From Octopus vulgaris (Eukaryota), in the NCBI GenBank assembly GCA_951406725.2, contig OX597816.1:62000001-62064000 (forward strand): a stretch of 64,000 nucleotides of DNA, written 5' to 3'. The notes under the pieces were generated by a model that was not told where the DNA came from, ran no database searches, and saw nothing but the letters and a program-made list of their open reading frames with translations. Made by a program: the position numbers and the translations under genes. Below are positions 1 through 13,431 of this stretch, piece after piece. Every line of letters begins with the position of its first letter. Position 1 is the stretch's first letter.

Positions 1-39
1 GTATGTGTGTGTGTACGCATTTACACATGCACACAAACA

Positions 40-91
<52 letters not shown>

Positions 92-261
92 CGTATCAAA
101 ATTGCTGCTGATTTTTCATAAGGAAAATAAGGAATGATTCTGATTTTTTTTTTTTATATTCGGATTTTTTTTTCTTATTTTGGCATTTGTTTATGCGAAG
201 CCTCTGTTGATGCTGATATAAATGATAATCTTCATGACGATACAGCATAAAATTTGGTATT

Positions 262-269
262 GATTATTA

Positions 270-361
<92 letters not shown>
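262..361. repeat. (ATT/ATC)n microsatellite
   Basis: Directly visible trinucleotide run; explains the poly-Ile ORF 232..471. Confidence 0.95.
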
Positions 362-542
362 GTTCGTTTGTTTTCTTCTGTCGATGGATGTGGTAGTGTT
401 GTTTCGTTTTGGTGACGATGGTGGTAGAAGTAGCGTTCGCGGTTTTCTTTATCTTGAACATCCATTATCATTACGGTTTTTTATACGGGAACGCACATAA
501 GTACATAGAAAAAAAAAACCCATTAACATATACACATAAATG

Positions 543-587
<45 letters not shown>

Positions 588-1684
588 ACGTGCATATACA
601 CATACATATAGAAAATGAATCCGCAGGGATAAAACTATCAGATGGAGATTGGCAATATATTTTCATAATAAATAATATAAATGTTGACATTTTGGTATCT
701 AACGTATACATACACAAACATGACTAAGAGCATGTTTGTTTAGTTTCTTTGTTTTCTCTGTACTTAAGTCAAACGAACACATACACGTTCACACATGCAT
801 ACGTACATGCATAAATTCATGCATAGCTTCATAGATACAAACATACACACATACATACATATATACACACACACGCACAAACACACATACATATATTATA
901 TAAGTACATATAAACATACATGCACATACGGATATGCAAACGCACACATTTTATTCATGAGCAGAAATATAACTTCATGTTTGCATGAACAACATTACTG
1001 CACTCAATACATATAAGAGAGTAGAATCTACATACACAAGGGCACTATTTGCAATATTCTACGCTTAGCATAGGCCAAGCAATTATATGGCTATAAACCG
1101 AAAAAGTTCGTAGAAAAAACAACGTAGCATATGTGGGTGCTTACGGTATTGATTTTTAGGTTAAAATTATGAAAGCGGTAAACTCGTTTCACATAATTAT
1201 CTTTTAGGGGTGAGAAACTTCCCCCGAGTAGTTGCAAAAGCGCTGACCATTATATAGAATGTGAAGGCCTAACATATATCTGATGAAGGAGGGTTAAAAA
1301 AAGAGGCTTCTAAATTGGCTTTTGTATGGAAAATGAAAGGCGCTATTATGATTGAGTGAAGTGAAATCAATATTATCTATTGGTGGGTTGCAACTGAAAG
1401 GTAAATGTAGAAAATCTGATTGGTAAATAGTTAATAATTGATCCAGTCGATGATATAAAAATTTGCATGGATAGTAGAAAACATCCAACATATATATTCT
1501 TGTAAAGTATAGTGGAATAGTAGTGACTGAAAAAAGAAACTGAGTGTGTGCAACACTCCTGGTATATGATTAAATATCAAACTATCCAATCAGGTCGTCC
1601 TATGCTCTCTTTCAGGAGATTCTTGTTCAATTCCAGACATTTAGTAGCGATTTCGATTTAAAGTTTATATCATTTGAGTATTAC

Positions 1685-1966
1685 GGAGATGTACTTGCAT
1701 AGCGAGTGACTTAATCTGAGATCGTGTGCTGGAACGAAAACAATTGCAGCGTGGAAGGTGTTTATAAGCCATTTAAGAAACACACAAAAACCGTTAGATT
1801 CACTTCAACATTTAAATCTAATTTGTCAAAATATTTTGGTCGCTTTGAGACCACGATCTGTTCACTGACAAAAATATTTTGACAAATTAAATTTAAATGT
1901 TGAAGTGAATCTAACGGTTTTTGTGTGTTTCTTAAATGGCTTATAAACACCTTCCACGCTGCAATT
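1685..1966. mobile_element. Fold-back element (about 96-bp inverted arms 1742-1837 / 1871-1966) with an HHR-like motif at its centre; probable PLE-derived terminus
   Basis: The arm aattgcagcgtggaagg...gtcaaaatatttt recurs reverse-complemented with 1 mismatch. Minus strand 1822-1873 reads TTTGTCA-GTGAACA-stem-CAAA-ATATTT-TGACAAA. A degenerate copy of the upstream head is at about 6685-6730. Confidence 0.7.
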
Positions 1967-2150
1967 ATTTGAGTAGTTATTAAACTTTGCCTAACTCGCA
2001 ACGCTTAGCACCGTCTCTGTGTGGTCTTTATTTGTAGAATAGCTTCAACATGATGTTCGAATCCGCAAGTAGCAAGTTTTTTAAATTGCAGTTTCATGAG
2101 AGAGGTGTATAGCTGAAGAATCCGTGTTTACCTTCTACAATACGTAGCTA

Positions 2151-2717
2151 TTGGGTTGTCTGGAAAGTTCGTGCCGATTTATAGTAGCTTATCTTTCGAC
2201 TTATTTTAGAACATGGTTGAGTCCATAAAATAGGATTTGACTACACCTCCATTTAGAGCACAATTTAAGCTATCTTTTTGTGGAAGAAGGTTTATGTTCC
2301 TATAACCTGTGTTAATTCTGTAACCCTTTAAAATGGAAGATAAGAAAGTTCATTTTCGGCACTTTGTACTTTGGGAACCAGACAAAAATTGCTGCAGCTC
2401 GGCTGGGATGTGTTACCCCCACCCTCCATATTCACCAGATATTGCTCCTTCGGATTTCCACTTATTTAGGTCTCTGCAGAATAGCCTTAATGGTAAAAAT
2501 TTCAATTCCTTGGATGACGTAAAAAGATACCTTGATGAATTCTTTGCCATGAAATCACCTCAACTCTGGGAAGAAGGTATTTTCAAGTTAAATGGAAGAT
2601 GGAGATGCATTGTGCAACAAAATGGTTCATATTTGGTTGATTAAAAATGTAATGGTAAGTATTTATTGACCTTTTTCTTTCCTTTAAAATTCGGCACGAA
2701 CTTTCCGGACAACCCAA
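2151..2717 (+). mobile_element. Internally deleted Tc1/mariner transposon
   Basis: 27-bp TIRs (ttgggttgtctggaaagttcgtgccga / tcggcacgaactttccggacaacccaa) flanked by TA. ORF 2333..2644 fuses a mariner N-terminus (MEDKKVHFRH) to the C-terminal PHPPYSPDIAPSDFHLFRSLQN motif. Confidence 0.95.
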
Positions 2718-3286
2718 TATATTACCATGCTTTAGTTAGTTTACATGTTTATTAAAGGTTTTCTTATATACTGAAAGTAAAACTGCAAATCAGTTTAAGG
2801 TAGGGTTCCATCGAATAGTTTACTTGATCAGCTGTTGATGGAAAAGATACTGATTTTAATAAATGCTAGGATGTTTTTAGAAACGTTAAACTTAACGTTT
2901 ATTTCAAAAGATGTTCAACAGTAGATTATGCAATATCAATTAGTATTATCAGATGGCAAGATGCAGTTGTATGTAACCTTATCTTCGAATCCACTAACTT
3001 CTAATGTTAAACTAAAGACAGATATCTCCTTATCAACGATCATTTTATTCCTTAAAGATACTATGGTAATTAAAAACTATATAGCATCCTGTGTAGCGAA
3101 AACATATTGGATCTCAGTGGAATTGTACAAATTGAAACAAATGAAATCGCAGTACTCGTAGCACAATTAGAATCACACTTAAAATGTGGATGTGGACAGT
3201 TAAAAAGAAGAAAACAAAAGAGATCTGTTTCTCGTCCGGATAGTGTTGGATTCAAGTAATTATTCAAAGATATTAACTGCGTCTGT

Positions 3287-3596
3287 GGAGGCACATGGCC
3301 TAGGGGTAGGAGCGGACTCGCGGTCGTGGAATTGCGGGTTCGAACCTCAAACCGGGTGATGTGTGTCTTTATGAGCGGAAACACCTAAATTCCACGCGGC
3401 TCCGACAGAAGGTAATGGCGAACTTCTGCTGACTCTTTCGATACAACTTTCTTTGACTCTTTCCTCCTGCATCTTGCAGCTCACCTGCGACGGACCGGCG
3501 TCCCGTCCAGGTGAGGAACCTATACGCCAAGGAAACCGGGAAACCGGCCCTTATGAGCCAGGCGTGGCTCGAGAAGGAACAAACAACAACAACAAC
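3287..3596 (+). mobile_element. tRNA-derived SINE (head 1 + tail X), ending in (ACA)n
   Basis: A-box tggcctagggg and B-box ggttcgaacc. The head matches the copy at 13432 and the tail matches 50325-50465. Confidence 0.8.
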
Positions 3597-3769
3597 TGCG
3601 TCTAATCTTCGTATTACAAATAAGAAAAGAGAAGGGAAGAAAGAAAAAAGCTTTAGTTTTTGGTTCAAAGAAACACTTTTATTACAATGCAAAGAATACT
3701 ACTTTCATCTCTCGACCACCGTGCTGCCTGTTCCTTTTAAGTACAACAGACGAATATGTATCATGTCAA

Positions 3770-3824
<55 letters not shown>

Positions 3825-4028
3825 TTTGCCACAAGGGCAGCAATTTTGGGGAAGGAATGTATTTGATTACATCGACTCCTGTGTTCAACTGGTACTTAAT
3901 TTATCGACCACGAAAAGATGAAAGGCACAGTCGACCTTGGCGGAATATGAACTCAGAGCATAGCAGCAGATGAAATGCCGCAAATCATTTCACCTAGCAT
4001 GCTAACGATTCTGCCAGTTCGATGCCCT
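3825..4028 (-). mobile_element. SINE family B copy
   Basis: Reverse complement of the ggcggcgagctggcagaatcgttagc...gtcgactttgcctttcatcctttcggggtcgataaattaagtacc element at 21089 and 49741; flanked by (TAA)n. Confidence 0.85.
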
Positions 4029-4369
4029 ACATAATAATAACAAGAACAACAACAACAACAACAACAATAATAATAATAATAGTGAATAAAGTGCTCTGTT
4101 GTTAAAGGTTTGCCTCCTTGTCACGGCCAGAATCATCAAAAAAAGTATTAAATACTTCAAAGCGCAAATAACTTGGTGCCGCAGGTAGCAAGCCCACTAC
4201 TCCCGCAAGATTCTAGGATTCCAGCAAGAACAACAGCAGCAGTAGCAACAACAACAACAACAACAGTAGAAACAGTAACAACAGCAACAATAATAACAAT
4301 AATATTAATAACAACAACAACAACAATAATAATAATAATAATATCCGAAAATTATTGGCGATAAATAGA

Positions 4370-5697
4370 AGCAACAACTTAAGACAGATGTGAAAAGACT
4401 TTACTTGTCCAGAAAAGCGGGTAGCCGTGGATTCTTATAACTGGAATTGAGACTGGTAATTTCCAGAATTGGCCTGAATATCTGAAAACTTCTGATCAGT
4501 GGATGCTGAAACACGAAAATAAGTAAACCTCATTTTCAATAACAAATGAGGCAAGGAAATATTTCAGTGAATTCCGAAGAGAGCAAGTCTCAGAATTAGA
4601 TGAACTGGGAACAAGTACAGAAAAAGCTAAACGTATGAAAACCTTTGCTAAGAATGCTGCCTTAAATATTTTCACAAACGAATGCACTCAGTGGCAAACA
4701 CCCAAAAGAGCTAAGAACGATGATTCTGACAGAGCTCTTTAACCATCAATGATTAGCGTCATGTAGTTTAAAATCAGAGACAAAAGGGTGTATCAAAGCA
4801 GCCCCGGCTCATTGCCTACTTATAAGAAGCTACAAGGCCTACATCTCAAAGAACGGCTGTAGCCCAATATACCGTGTATATAAACAACAAATCGAAACCA
4901 TCGATCGTTTTGTCTCTATGTGCAGTTATCTTACGTCATCAGAGTATCTCAACAGCCATAACAGAGTGGCACACTATATCCACTGGGTAATTTGCAAGAA
5001 TTTGGACCTAATTCATGCTAAAAACTGGTGGGAACATGAACTACCTCCATTGCTTGAAAATGATCATATCCCACTCCTATGGAACTTTTCTGTTTAAACT
5101 GATAAAAAAAGATGGATGCAAATAGACCAGACATATTGGAGAAGGATTTCAGACAAAACTCATGTCTCCTCATTGATATGACTGTCCTAAATGATATATT
5201 TCTCAAGAGCGACCATTAGCTGAGCAATTATATAGATCTTGAAATTGAAATTCGAAAAATGTGGATATTCAAGACTGGAACAAAACCAGTTGGCATAGAT
5301 TCCCAAGGAATGATAGCAAAAGCGGCTGATTGTTACTAATCTCAGATTCCAGGAAATGCAAAAAGAGAAGAAATTAAAAAATAGTACTTATGGAACTACA
5401 AAAATTTCGTCCACGTAATTCTAAAAACATTATCAAAAGTACTTTTAAAGGTACACAATAGCAAGCACATTTTACTGTCGTCTAAAATTACTTTTAAAAT
5501 TAACTTTTAATTTCCTGATACTCTGACAGGCATTTCTACAACGATGCTACTTTGTACAAATCCAAAACCATTGCAGTTATCAACCACCCTAGCCATAACA
5601 CTAACTTGAACATCTAACATGTCTCTCGAAGTTTCTGGGGGAGAATTGGGGTCAGCTTGTATAAACACAAAGCAAAATCCAAACATGATAACAATAA
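4370..5697 (+). pseudogene. Degenerate 3' part of an R4/Dong-type non-LTR retrotransposon (post-RT region and restriction-like endonuclease)
   Basis: Broken frames give LKSETKG.IKAA (compare LKAETEGFLIAAQD at about 62820), HNRVA..IHWVICK, ANRPDILEKDFRQNSCLLIDMTV and YIDLEIEIRKMW. It lies next to (TAA/CAA)n runs. Confidence 0.75.
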
Positions 5698-5704
5698 TGG
5701 TTTC

Positions 5705-5905
5705 TAATTTAGAGACAACGTCTGCAATTTTCAGGGGAGAGGTTTAATCGATTACATAAGCACAGTACTTGACTGGTACCTTTATTTCCCCGACTACGGA
5801 TGGATGAAACGCAAATCTGACCTCTCTGGGATTTGAACTTAGGTAAAGAACTGGAATATATGATGCAATGCATTTTTCCGACTTGTTAAGGATCCTATTA
5901 GGTCT
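5705..5905 (-). mobile_element. Degenerate SINE family B copy
   Basis: aatcgattac...ctggtacc...ggatgaaacgcaaatctgacctc...atttgaact aligns with the family B reverse strand. Confidence 0.6.
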
Positions 5906-6842
5906 ACACCATGAGCATAACAATTAAAATGATTATCGCAGTAATTAGCATTTTCAATAGTACCATAAAAGCCAAGGCTTCTAATAAAACCGAAATCCTA
6001 CTTTAGGAATTGCTGCACCAAAATTTATGAGTGTATCTGCTGAGATTTTAAACAGAAGCTGCAAACCATTTTGACTAATATTTAGCAGGTTTCATCAACT
6101 GTTGTCGGACATTGGCCATGATATACAGTATAACATCTTTGTCTGAAGTTTAGCTATCTGTTCATCACCATTAACAATTTATAGAATCTTTACTTGGAAA
6201 GGTGACAATTATTTCCTCATTCTCAACTCTTTATTACTCAGCAAAAGTTCAACATTTGCTGCTTCTTTCGGTTTTTAATTAAACTGGAAGACGTCCAAGA
6301 AATGACTTGGCATAGGGCCATATGATAAAGGTTAGAGTCCCAGAATACGATCTATGAGATGTTCCTATCTCAATATATGCGTGGAGGTTCCTTTTGTTCT
6401 GTGGCTCAGATGATCAGATCAAAACACAACATTCAATCGTGTTTGGCGCGTATCATCTAACTTTGTTTCGTGTATTTTCCATGCAAATAACGAAGTTTAA
6501 CTTGAATTTCGCTTAAAGTCGTCATCATATATCAGCTTTATGATTTAGTTATCATGTGTATAGACCTTCATCTAGTTTTAATATAGTTTCCGATTACTGA
6601 TCCATCGTTGTTCAGAAGTTCAATCTGGGGCTAAACAGCATCAACGGCAGTGGTAACCACAAAACATTAAATAAGAATTGCGAAGATGTACTTACCAGGT
6701 AAGTGATTCGATCTGAGACCGTGCAATGGAATCATGTCAGTGACCAGTTTGTAGTTGGTGCGACGAAAATGTTGACTCCAAATAATAAATGTTTAAATGA
6801 AGTTAAGGCATTGTGTTTTTATGAATGACTAATACGTCTTTC

Positions 6843-7175
6843 GGGAAGTCGCGTGGCTTAGTGGTTATGCGCATTCGGCTCATGATCGTAAGGTTGTAAG
6901 TTCAATTCCCGGCGGTGTGTTGTGTCCTTGAGCAAGACACTTTATTTCTCGTTGCTCCAGTCCACTCAGCTGGCAAAAATGAATTGTACCTGTATTTCAA
7001 AGGGCCAGCCTTGTCACACTCTGTGTCACGCTGAATCTCCCCCGGGAACTACGATAAGGGTACACGTGTGACTGTGGAGCGCTCAGCCACTTGTGCTGCG
7101 TTAATTTCACGAGCAAGATGTTCCGTTGATCGTATCAGCTGGGACCCTCGTCGTCGCAACCGACGGAGTGCTCCA
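6843..7175 (+). mobile_element. tRNA-derived SINE (head 2 + tail Y)
   Basis: A-box tggcttagtgg and B-box agttcaattcc, then gtgtccttgagcaagacac. The tail gtacctgtatttcaa...accgacggagtgct is shared with 13432-13810. Confidence 0.85.
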
Positions 7176-8149
7176 ATATGATTTTCACTCTGCCTTGCTG
7201 TAATTAAACGGGTAAATATATATTAACTTTTAACAGGTTTTGAAAACAGTCTTAGTAACACCCGTTGAATTTCTTTTACGACGCTATGTAATTTTTTTCT
7301 ATTTCTTGAATTTTCACTTTCCCACAAGTGTCACAACTCAGTTTATCTCCAGTTAACAGTCATCATAAAAACAACAATAATCTCTACGAAAACATTGAAG
7401 GTGAAATGAGAATTTATAATGAACTGTTATATAATACGTGATTTAGTACCCATAAATAATGATGATGTATTACAATAGCACATTTTCAGATTTGTAATTT
7501 TGTATAAATACACACGGATACACACACAGACACAAACATATATATTTGTATATCTGTGTGTTTATGCACTTGCATATGTATAACATATGTGTATGTGTTA
7601 TTTGCGTTTAAGCGATCAAAATTGAGAATTATATACGTAGGTTAGAGAAAAAATGTTTACGAAATAATATAGTCTGTTACTGGGAATATATAGTTATTTA
7701 AAATTTCATGTTCAGCCCGTATCAGTGAATTACCAGAGGGCGTTCTTGTTGGTTGTAAACAGATCGCTTGATCATTGTTTGGCATTAACTAACCATGAAG
7801 TACAGTGTTATCATATATTATGAATAATGAGCTATACATACGCACACACATACATATACGTGGATACACAATCTCTCACACACATTTGTATATAACTTGA
7901 ACAGACAGAGTGTATGTCAGTTCGTCCTGAGGCTTGGCTTATGACAGAGATATCAAGCATTGTTTTATCTAGTTCTAATTTTCTAAATATTTCATTATCT
8001 AAATTTCAAGCTTTCTCGCGTACAATCTTGTACAGCTATTCCACAATTCTTACCTAGCTAGCCACAATTCTTAGCTTATGGTGAAGTCTACTAGTTGTAA
8101 TAAAACGAAAACATGTTCAAAGTTGTCTTCTGTACTTCCCGAAGTGAAA

Positions 8150-8550
8150 AGGAGTCGCTGTGTGGTTCCAGGTACAGTCCTACTGCGTGGCAGCTTGGGC
8201 AAGTGTCTTCTACTATGGCCTCGGGCTGATCACAGCCTTGTGAGTGAATTTGGTAGACGGAAACTGAAAGAAGCCTGTCATATATATGTATATGTGTATA
8301 TATGTATGTATGTGTGTGTGTGTGTGTGTAGGTTTGTGTGTCTGTATTTGTCCCCCTAAAATCGCTTGACAACCGATGCTGGTGTTTGTACGTCCCACCG
8401 TAACTTAGCGGTTCGGCAAAAGAGACCGATAGAACAAGTACTAGGCTTACAAAGAATAAGTCCTGAGGTCGATTTGCTCGGCTAAAGGCGGTGCTCCAGC
8501 ATGGCCGCAGTCAAATGACTGAAAAAAGTAAAAGAGTGAGTAAAAGAGTA
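8150..8550 (+). mobile_element. SINE family A copy with an internal (TA/TG)n tract
   Basis: Co-linear with 42568-42985; 3' tail ggcggtgctccagcatggccgcagtcaaatgactgaaa. Confidence 0.9.
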
Positions 8551-8902
8551 CCCATCACTAATACTGCCTTACCGAAGCGAATATATATAGCTTTTAACTA
8601 GCTACTTGATATTTATTGCATTAAATATGAAAATACTACTTTCACTATAATATTTTCATGCAATTAACAGACCTGTATAATTGCCCTAATTAATTTTTGC
8701 TTTCCTTAAGAGTGCCAGACAGAGCAGCGATACAATTTGTTGCAGACAAATGTTCTGACTCAATTTTGTCTTGCCATATGGCCCAGTGACTTTACAATAC
8801 TTACATTTACAGTCATATATTTGTATATATTCATGCTCTTTACTCATGTAAATTTACGTCAATACACAGAAAAGAGAGCATTACAGACAGTTTATATCAA
8901 TA

Positions 8903-8906
<4 letters not shown>

Positions 8907-8968
<62 letters not shown>

Positions 8969-8981
8969 CATACATACATAC

Positions 8982-9012
<31 letters not shown>

Positions 9013-9087
9013 TATACATACATACATATATATATACATACATACATATATATATATACATATATATATATACATACATATATATAC

Positions 9088-9130
<43 letters not shown>

Positions 9131-9187
9131 CATACATGCATATACATATATACATATATACATACATATATATATATATATATATAT
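8907..9187. repeat. (TA)n/(TACA)n microsatellite
   Basis: Directly visible. Confidence 0.95.
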
Positions 9188-9484
9188 CAGCGGTTTGCCT
9201 AGACTAAAATAAGCAATACATTTTGAGAAGCCTAATGTCTTTGTTTGATATACACTCGGGATATAATGTATTCTGATAATGTTTGATTAATATCTTTATC
9301 TGAGTAACAACAAAGTAAGATAAATTGCGAACTGAAAGGAACTACTAGAGACAAATACACACACATACACAGGCACACACGTACACATACACACAGACAC
9401 ACACGCGCACACAATGTGCACACATACATGTACACACACATACATATATATATTTAGTAACTTGTTATAACTTAAATATATACC

Positions 9485-9488
9485 TATC

Positions 9489-9571
<83 letters not shown>

Positions 9572-9652
9572 GTCAGTCTGTCTGTTTGTCCATATGTCTG
9601 TCTATCTATCTGTCTATCTATTTATCTGTCCATCTATCTGTTTATCTATCTA
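9485..9652. repeat. (TATC)n microsatellite
   Basis: Directly visible. Confidence 0.95.
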
Positions 9653-9701
9653 TGTGCGTATATGAATATAATCACTACGTGAATGTGTACGTTATTCCTA
9701 A

Positions 9702-11322
9702 TCTCTCTCAATATAAAAGGCAGTTTGTCTATCTGTGTGCCTGTCTGTTTGTCTGTGTGTCTGTCAGGTTGTACCCTCACCCTGACCACGGCTTTCAACT
9801 GATTCTGATGAAACTTGACACAAACATAGCCCAATGTCATAATTCAAAACTAATTCAGCGAAAATTTTGAAAAGTTCCCCTAGTTCTGAAAATATCGATA
9901 AATTCGACATGGGGTCGAGAATCTACGCTTATCATGTGCAACACATTTTCCGTTGTAGTTTTAGCAACTTGAAATCGATTTCCACCAAACTCATGGTAAA
10001 GCTTAATGTTACCCTAAGAAACTTAATTCTGACGTTAGTTTTCCATGCAATACCTTACCATCAGAAGAAAATCGATAACATCATGCCATTTTGGGAAATC
10101 GCGTTCAAATTCAAGATGACATATTTTCGACAATATCTTTAACAAATTGGCAGGAATTTTTTTTTGAAATTCACAGCGGACATCATGTCTGCTCCAAGGA
10201 GCTATATGGCCCTTTTGATTCCAATAGGATACGTTATTACTGGAAAAAATCGGTTAATTACATCATATGTGGCACACATAGCAAACCGATTTTTCTGCGA
10301 TATTTTTTGAAAGTTCACATAGATTTTCCCTACACCGATGTTGGACATCAAGTTTGCATTAAATGTCAAACTAACGACCTTTTGTCAATGCAGTTAACAA
10401 GTATTGGGAGAAATCGACAAAACCATATCAAACTGAGACCGACCATGTGAACCCTACAAAACTGACTTTTGTTAAATAGTTGGCGGATTTCAGGCGATTT
10501 AGTCAATTTTTGCCGCTTTTATCATAAAGGTTACTAGAAATGACATATGTTTTCCTTTTGCTTCAAATCCGAGCAATGTTGGGCTGTAGATGCGTTTGAG
10601 GTTGTGTGCGCACGTGCGCGCGCGTCCTTGACACGATGATTGCAGCTCTTCCCATTGGCTCCCCAAACGCTGAACAATGCTCTCAATTAAACACCCTTTG
10701 GCCAATCACACGCACTGACACACTCAGTTCTGCGCGTATAGTTTGTGACTCCCACTTCTTCTTTAGGGTTCACACCCGCTCGCTTCACACGTTGGCCTAA
10801 TTCTGCTAATCGCTGCTGCAGCCGCAAGTTATTCGAATACTTTTTTTGTTTAAACTTTCTTTATAACTATCACCCCAAACGTTTTACCTTAAATTTTTGA
10901 CTTACCCTAAGGGTCCTCGGACGCTACTTGCAAACTTTTGCTTTATTATAAGTCGCTTTTGTCGTGTGCACCAAAAAACCTTTTCCTTTCGTTTGTTCAG
11001 TTTGGTCACTTCTCGCTTTTTCGTTGTTGTCACTCACACTGCTGCCCGCTTTTTTCCCGTTTTTGTACATTTTTATACATTTTGGGATACTTACCCCGCG
11101 TAACTAGGTTGGGTGTGCTAAACAAAACCAGAAAATGCACTTTGACTGTCATAGATTTTCTTCATGCATGCAAGGAAACGGTGCCTTGAATGCCTTAATG
11201 CCTTTTAGGACCATTTTACAAAATAACGGTTCAATGCGTACAAAAAAGGGTAAAAAGGTAAAGGGCATTGCTTATCGACAAAGTTTCTTACATACCCGGG
11301 CAATGCCGGGCTATGCTGCTAT
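9702..11322 (+). mobile_element. Non-autonomous Helitron-like element (about 1.6 kb)
   Basis: Starts a|TC and its first about 215 bp match 43530-43737. The 3' end has a GC hairpin (cccgggcaatgccggg) followed by ctgctat, a degenerate CTAG. Confidence 0.7.
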
Positions 11323-11749
11323 TTACTATATATAACTGTTCGGTCATCTACATACATACATACATACAAACACACACCTACACACATACATACATACATA
11401 CATACATACATACATACATACATACATACATACACACTGTCACACTTAATACACACACACACACACAAACGTATTTATACAGATACATACACAACGCATA
11501 TCACATATACGCACACATATATATGCATGAGATAGTAGAAAACTCGCGATTCTGGACTAAAGAAGTATACTTATAAAAAAGAATGTATTTCTGTATTTTG
11601 TTTTATATGCGGAGGGCGCCACCTGGTTGAAATAATTCTGTTGCAAACGACGAGAGCGATGCCGTTGCGTCTTCCGTGCCGCACACTCTCTCATCTTTGA
11701 TTTCATTTCGAGAAACATGACAAAAAGACATGAACAAAAGTAAGGATAA

Positions 11750-12088
11750 CTAGCAGTATCGCCCGGCGTTGCTCGGGTTTGTTTCGACCTTTTAGAATTG
11801 GAGTTTTTGAAAAGTAAAAATTTTGCATTATGTAGCTTGTTATTCTCTTTAAGTGAACATTTTCCTGGTTGAAATACACCGAAAAATGGCGACACAGCAG
11901 TCAAAAAGTCGTAAAAAATAGGGATTTTCATAGAAAAAAAAGCACTTTTTTGACGTAAATAATGGCCTTCTTCTATCATACTCCCAATTTTGGTCAACTT
12001 GCACCGCAGGGTCTTGGAGGAGATAGTGTTAGTTGAAGGCTACCAAACCTGCCATACACAGACAACTTCAGCTTTATATGTATAGAGA
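11750..12088 (-). mobile_element. Non-autonomous Helitron
   Basis: The minus strand begins a|TCTCTATACATATAAAG and ends aaacccgagcaacgccgggcgatactgCTAG|t, identical to the 3' end at 43861-43893; there is no TSD. Confidence 0.85.
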
Positions 12089-12764
12089 TTTGTTATTTGC
12101 CAAATGCTCGGATGGGGTGACGAACATCGCAGTATTGCAATAAGTGTTCAGCATCATTGTGTAAACCACCTGGCAGTCTGCATCACTGATTCTATTCATG
12201 TGAGAAAAATGATGGGTTGTTTGGCAACGTTCCTCATAGAGAACTTCAGGAGATTTTTCCACATTTTTTTTTTTTTTGGTGCTTCTTTTTCATAGTAAGT
12301 GGTTACCCTCGCGTTTATTATCTTAAACCGCCACAACCCGGCACTGAAAATAGCATGATGCAACTTTAAGAAGAAAAGGAAAATTGTGTTCAACCTAAGG
12401 AAAGTTTGCCAAAAAATGTAACGAAGCATTTCGTGAGTCTTGGTAAGAGATTTGTCGAGTTTCATTCAAACATTGCTGTTGGCAGCTTGCTCTAATTCCT
12501 CAACCCTCGTAAAAACTGCAGGAACCATTCCAATAAGTTGTTACAAAATTTCGTGCAATAAATGAATACGAGAAAATACCATAAAACCTATTTGTAGAGT
12601 ATTTGTAGGCGCTTCAGTCGGACAGTACAATCGCAACTTAGTGCTACTTCCTAGTGTGTGCCTGTGTGTTTGTGTGAGCGCCCGCTCGCGCGTGTGTTGT
12701 ATTTACTTATGCTTTGCTTGTATTTGTTTAGACATTACACTGTGGTCAGGCAGGGACATCGCTT

Positions 12765-13066
12765 TGATCAATTAGTCAAACAAATCAACTCTGGGATTTA
12801 TTTTTTTAAAACCTAGTACGTATTTAACGCTCACATTTTCTTCGAACCGCTGTCTTACAGGGCATAAAACACATCAACGTCTGCTGCTGCGGTGGACAAC
12901 GAACACAACACAAAGACACAGCATTTCAATTTCCGTCCACCAAAACTATTTAAAAGATTTTGGTCGGACCGGAGCCGTCGCAGGACACACTTGGCCAAGG
13001 TGTCATGCAGTGGGACTGAAACAAAGATCACGGGGTTGGGAAGCAAGCTTTTCAACCACACTGTCA
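12765..13066 (-). mobile_element. Degenerate SINE family A copy
   Basis: gacacacttggccaaggtgtcatgcagtgggactgaa...aagcaagcttttcaaccacac is the reverse complement of the family A head. Confidence 0.75.
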
Positions 13067-13075
13067 TGACATGGG

Positions 13076-13395
13076 AGACCCTCTTCGGTCATAACTGACC
13101 ATGGGATTGCACCTAGAAAGTGACCCTGAGAGGTACAACTCCGGGCAAGGTTGTTTATGGAAGGCCAGCAGTCGCCTATGCATACCAGCCTCTCCTCTCC
13201 ACACCACTGATATTATCCAATGGAAAGGCAAAGGCCGATACAGCTTGGCACCAGTGACATAGCAACTCATTTCTACAGCTTAGTTAAATGGAGCAACGCT
13301 CAAGAACACAACTCGCAGCCCGGTCCGGGAATTGAACTCACAAACTCACGATCGTAAGCTCGACGCTCTAATCACTAAGCCATGCACCTTCACAC
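13076..13395 (-). mobile_element. tRNA-derived SINE (head 2 + tail Z)
   Basis: Minus-strand head ggtgcatggcttagtgattagagcgtc...gagttcaattcc; co-linear with 52590-52916. Confidence 0.85.
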
Positions 13396-13431
13396 TTCCA
13401 TAACAATATACTTTATATTTAACTGATAGTA

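Noticed and set aside
9804-9815. CTGATGA hammerhead-core matches in the Helitron 5' region (also 43617) and at 1280
   Set aside because: No helix II followed by GAAA and no helix I partner.
11614-11630. CTCF-like motif (caaccaggtggcgccc on the minus strand; similar at about 16831)
   Set aside because: A single short motif match with no supporting evidence; possibly within an old transposon remnant.
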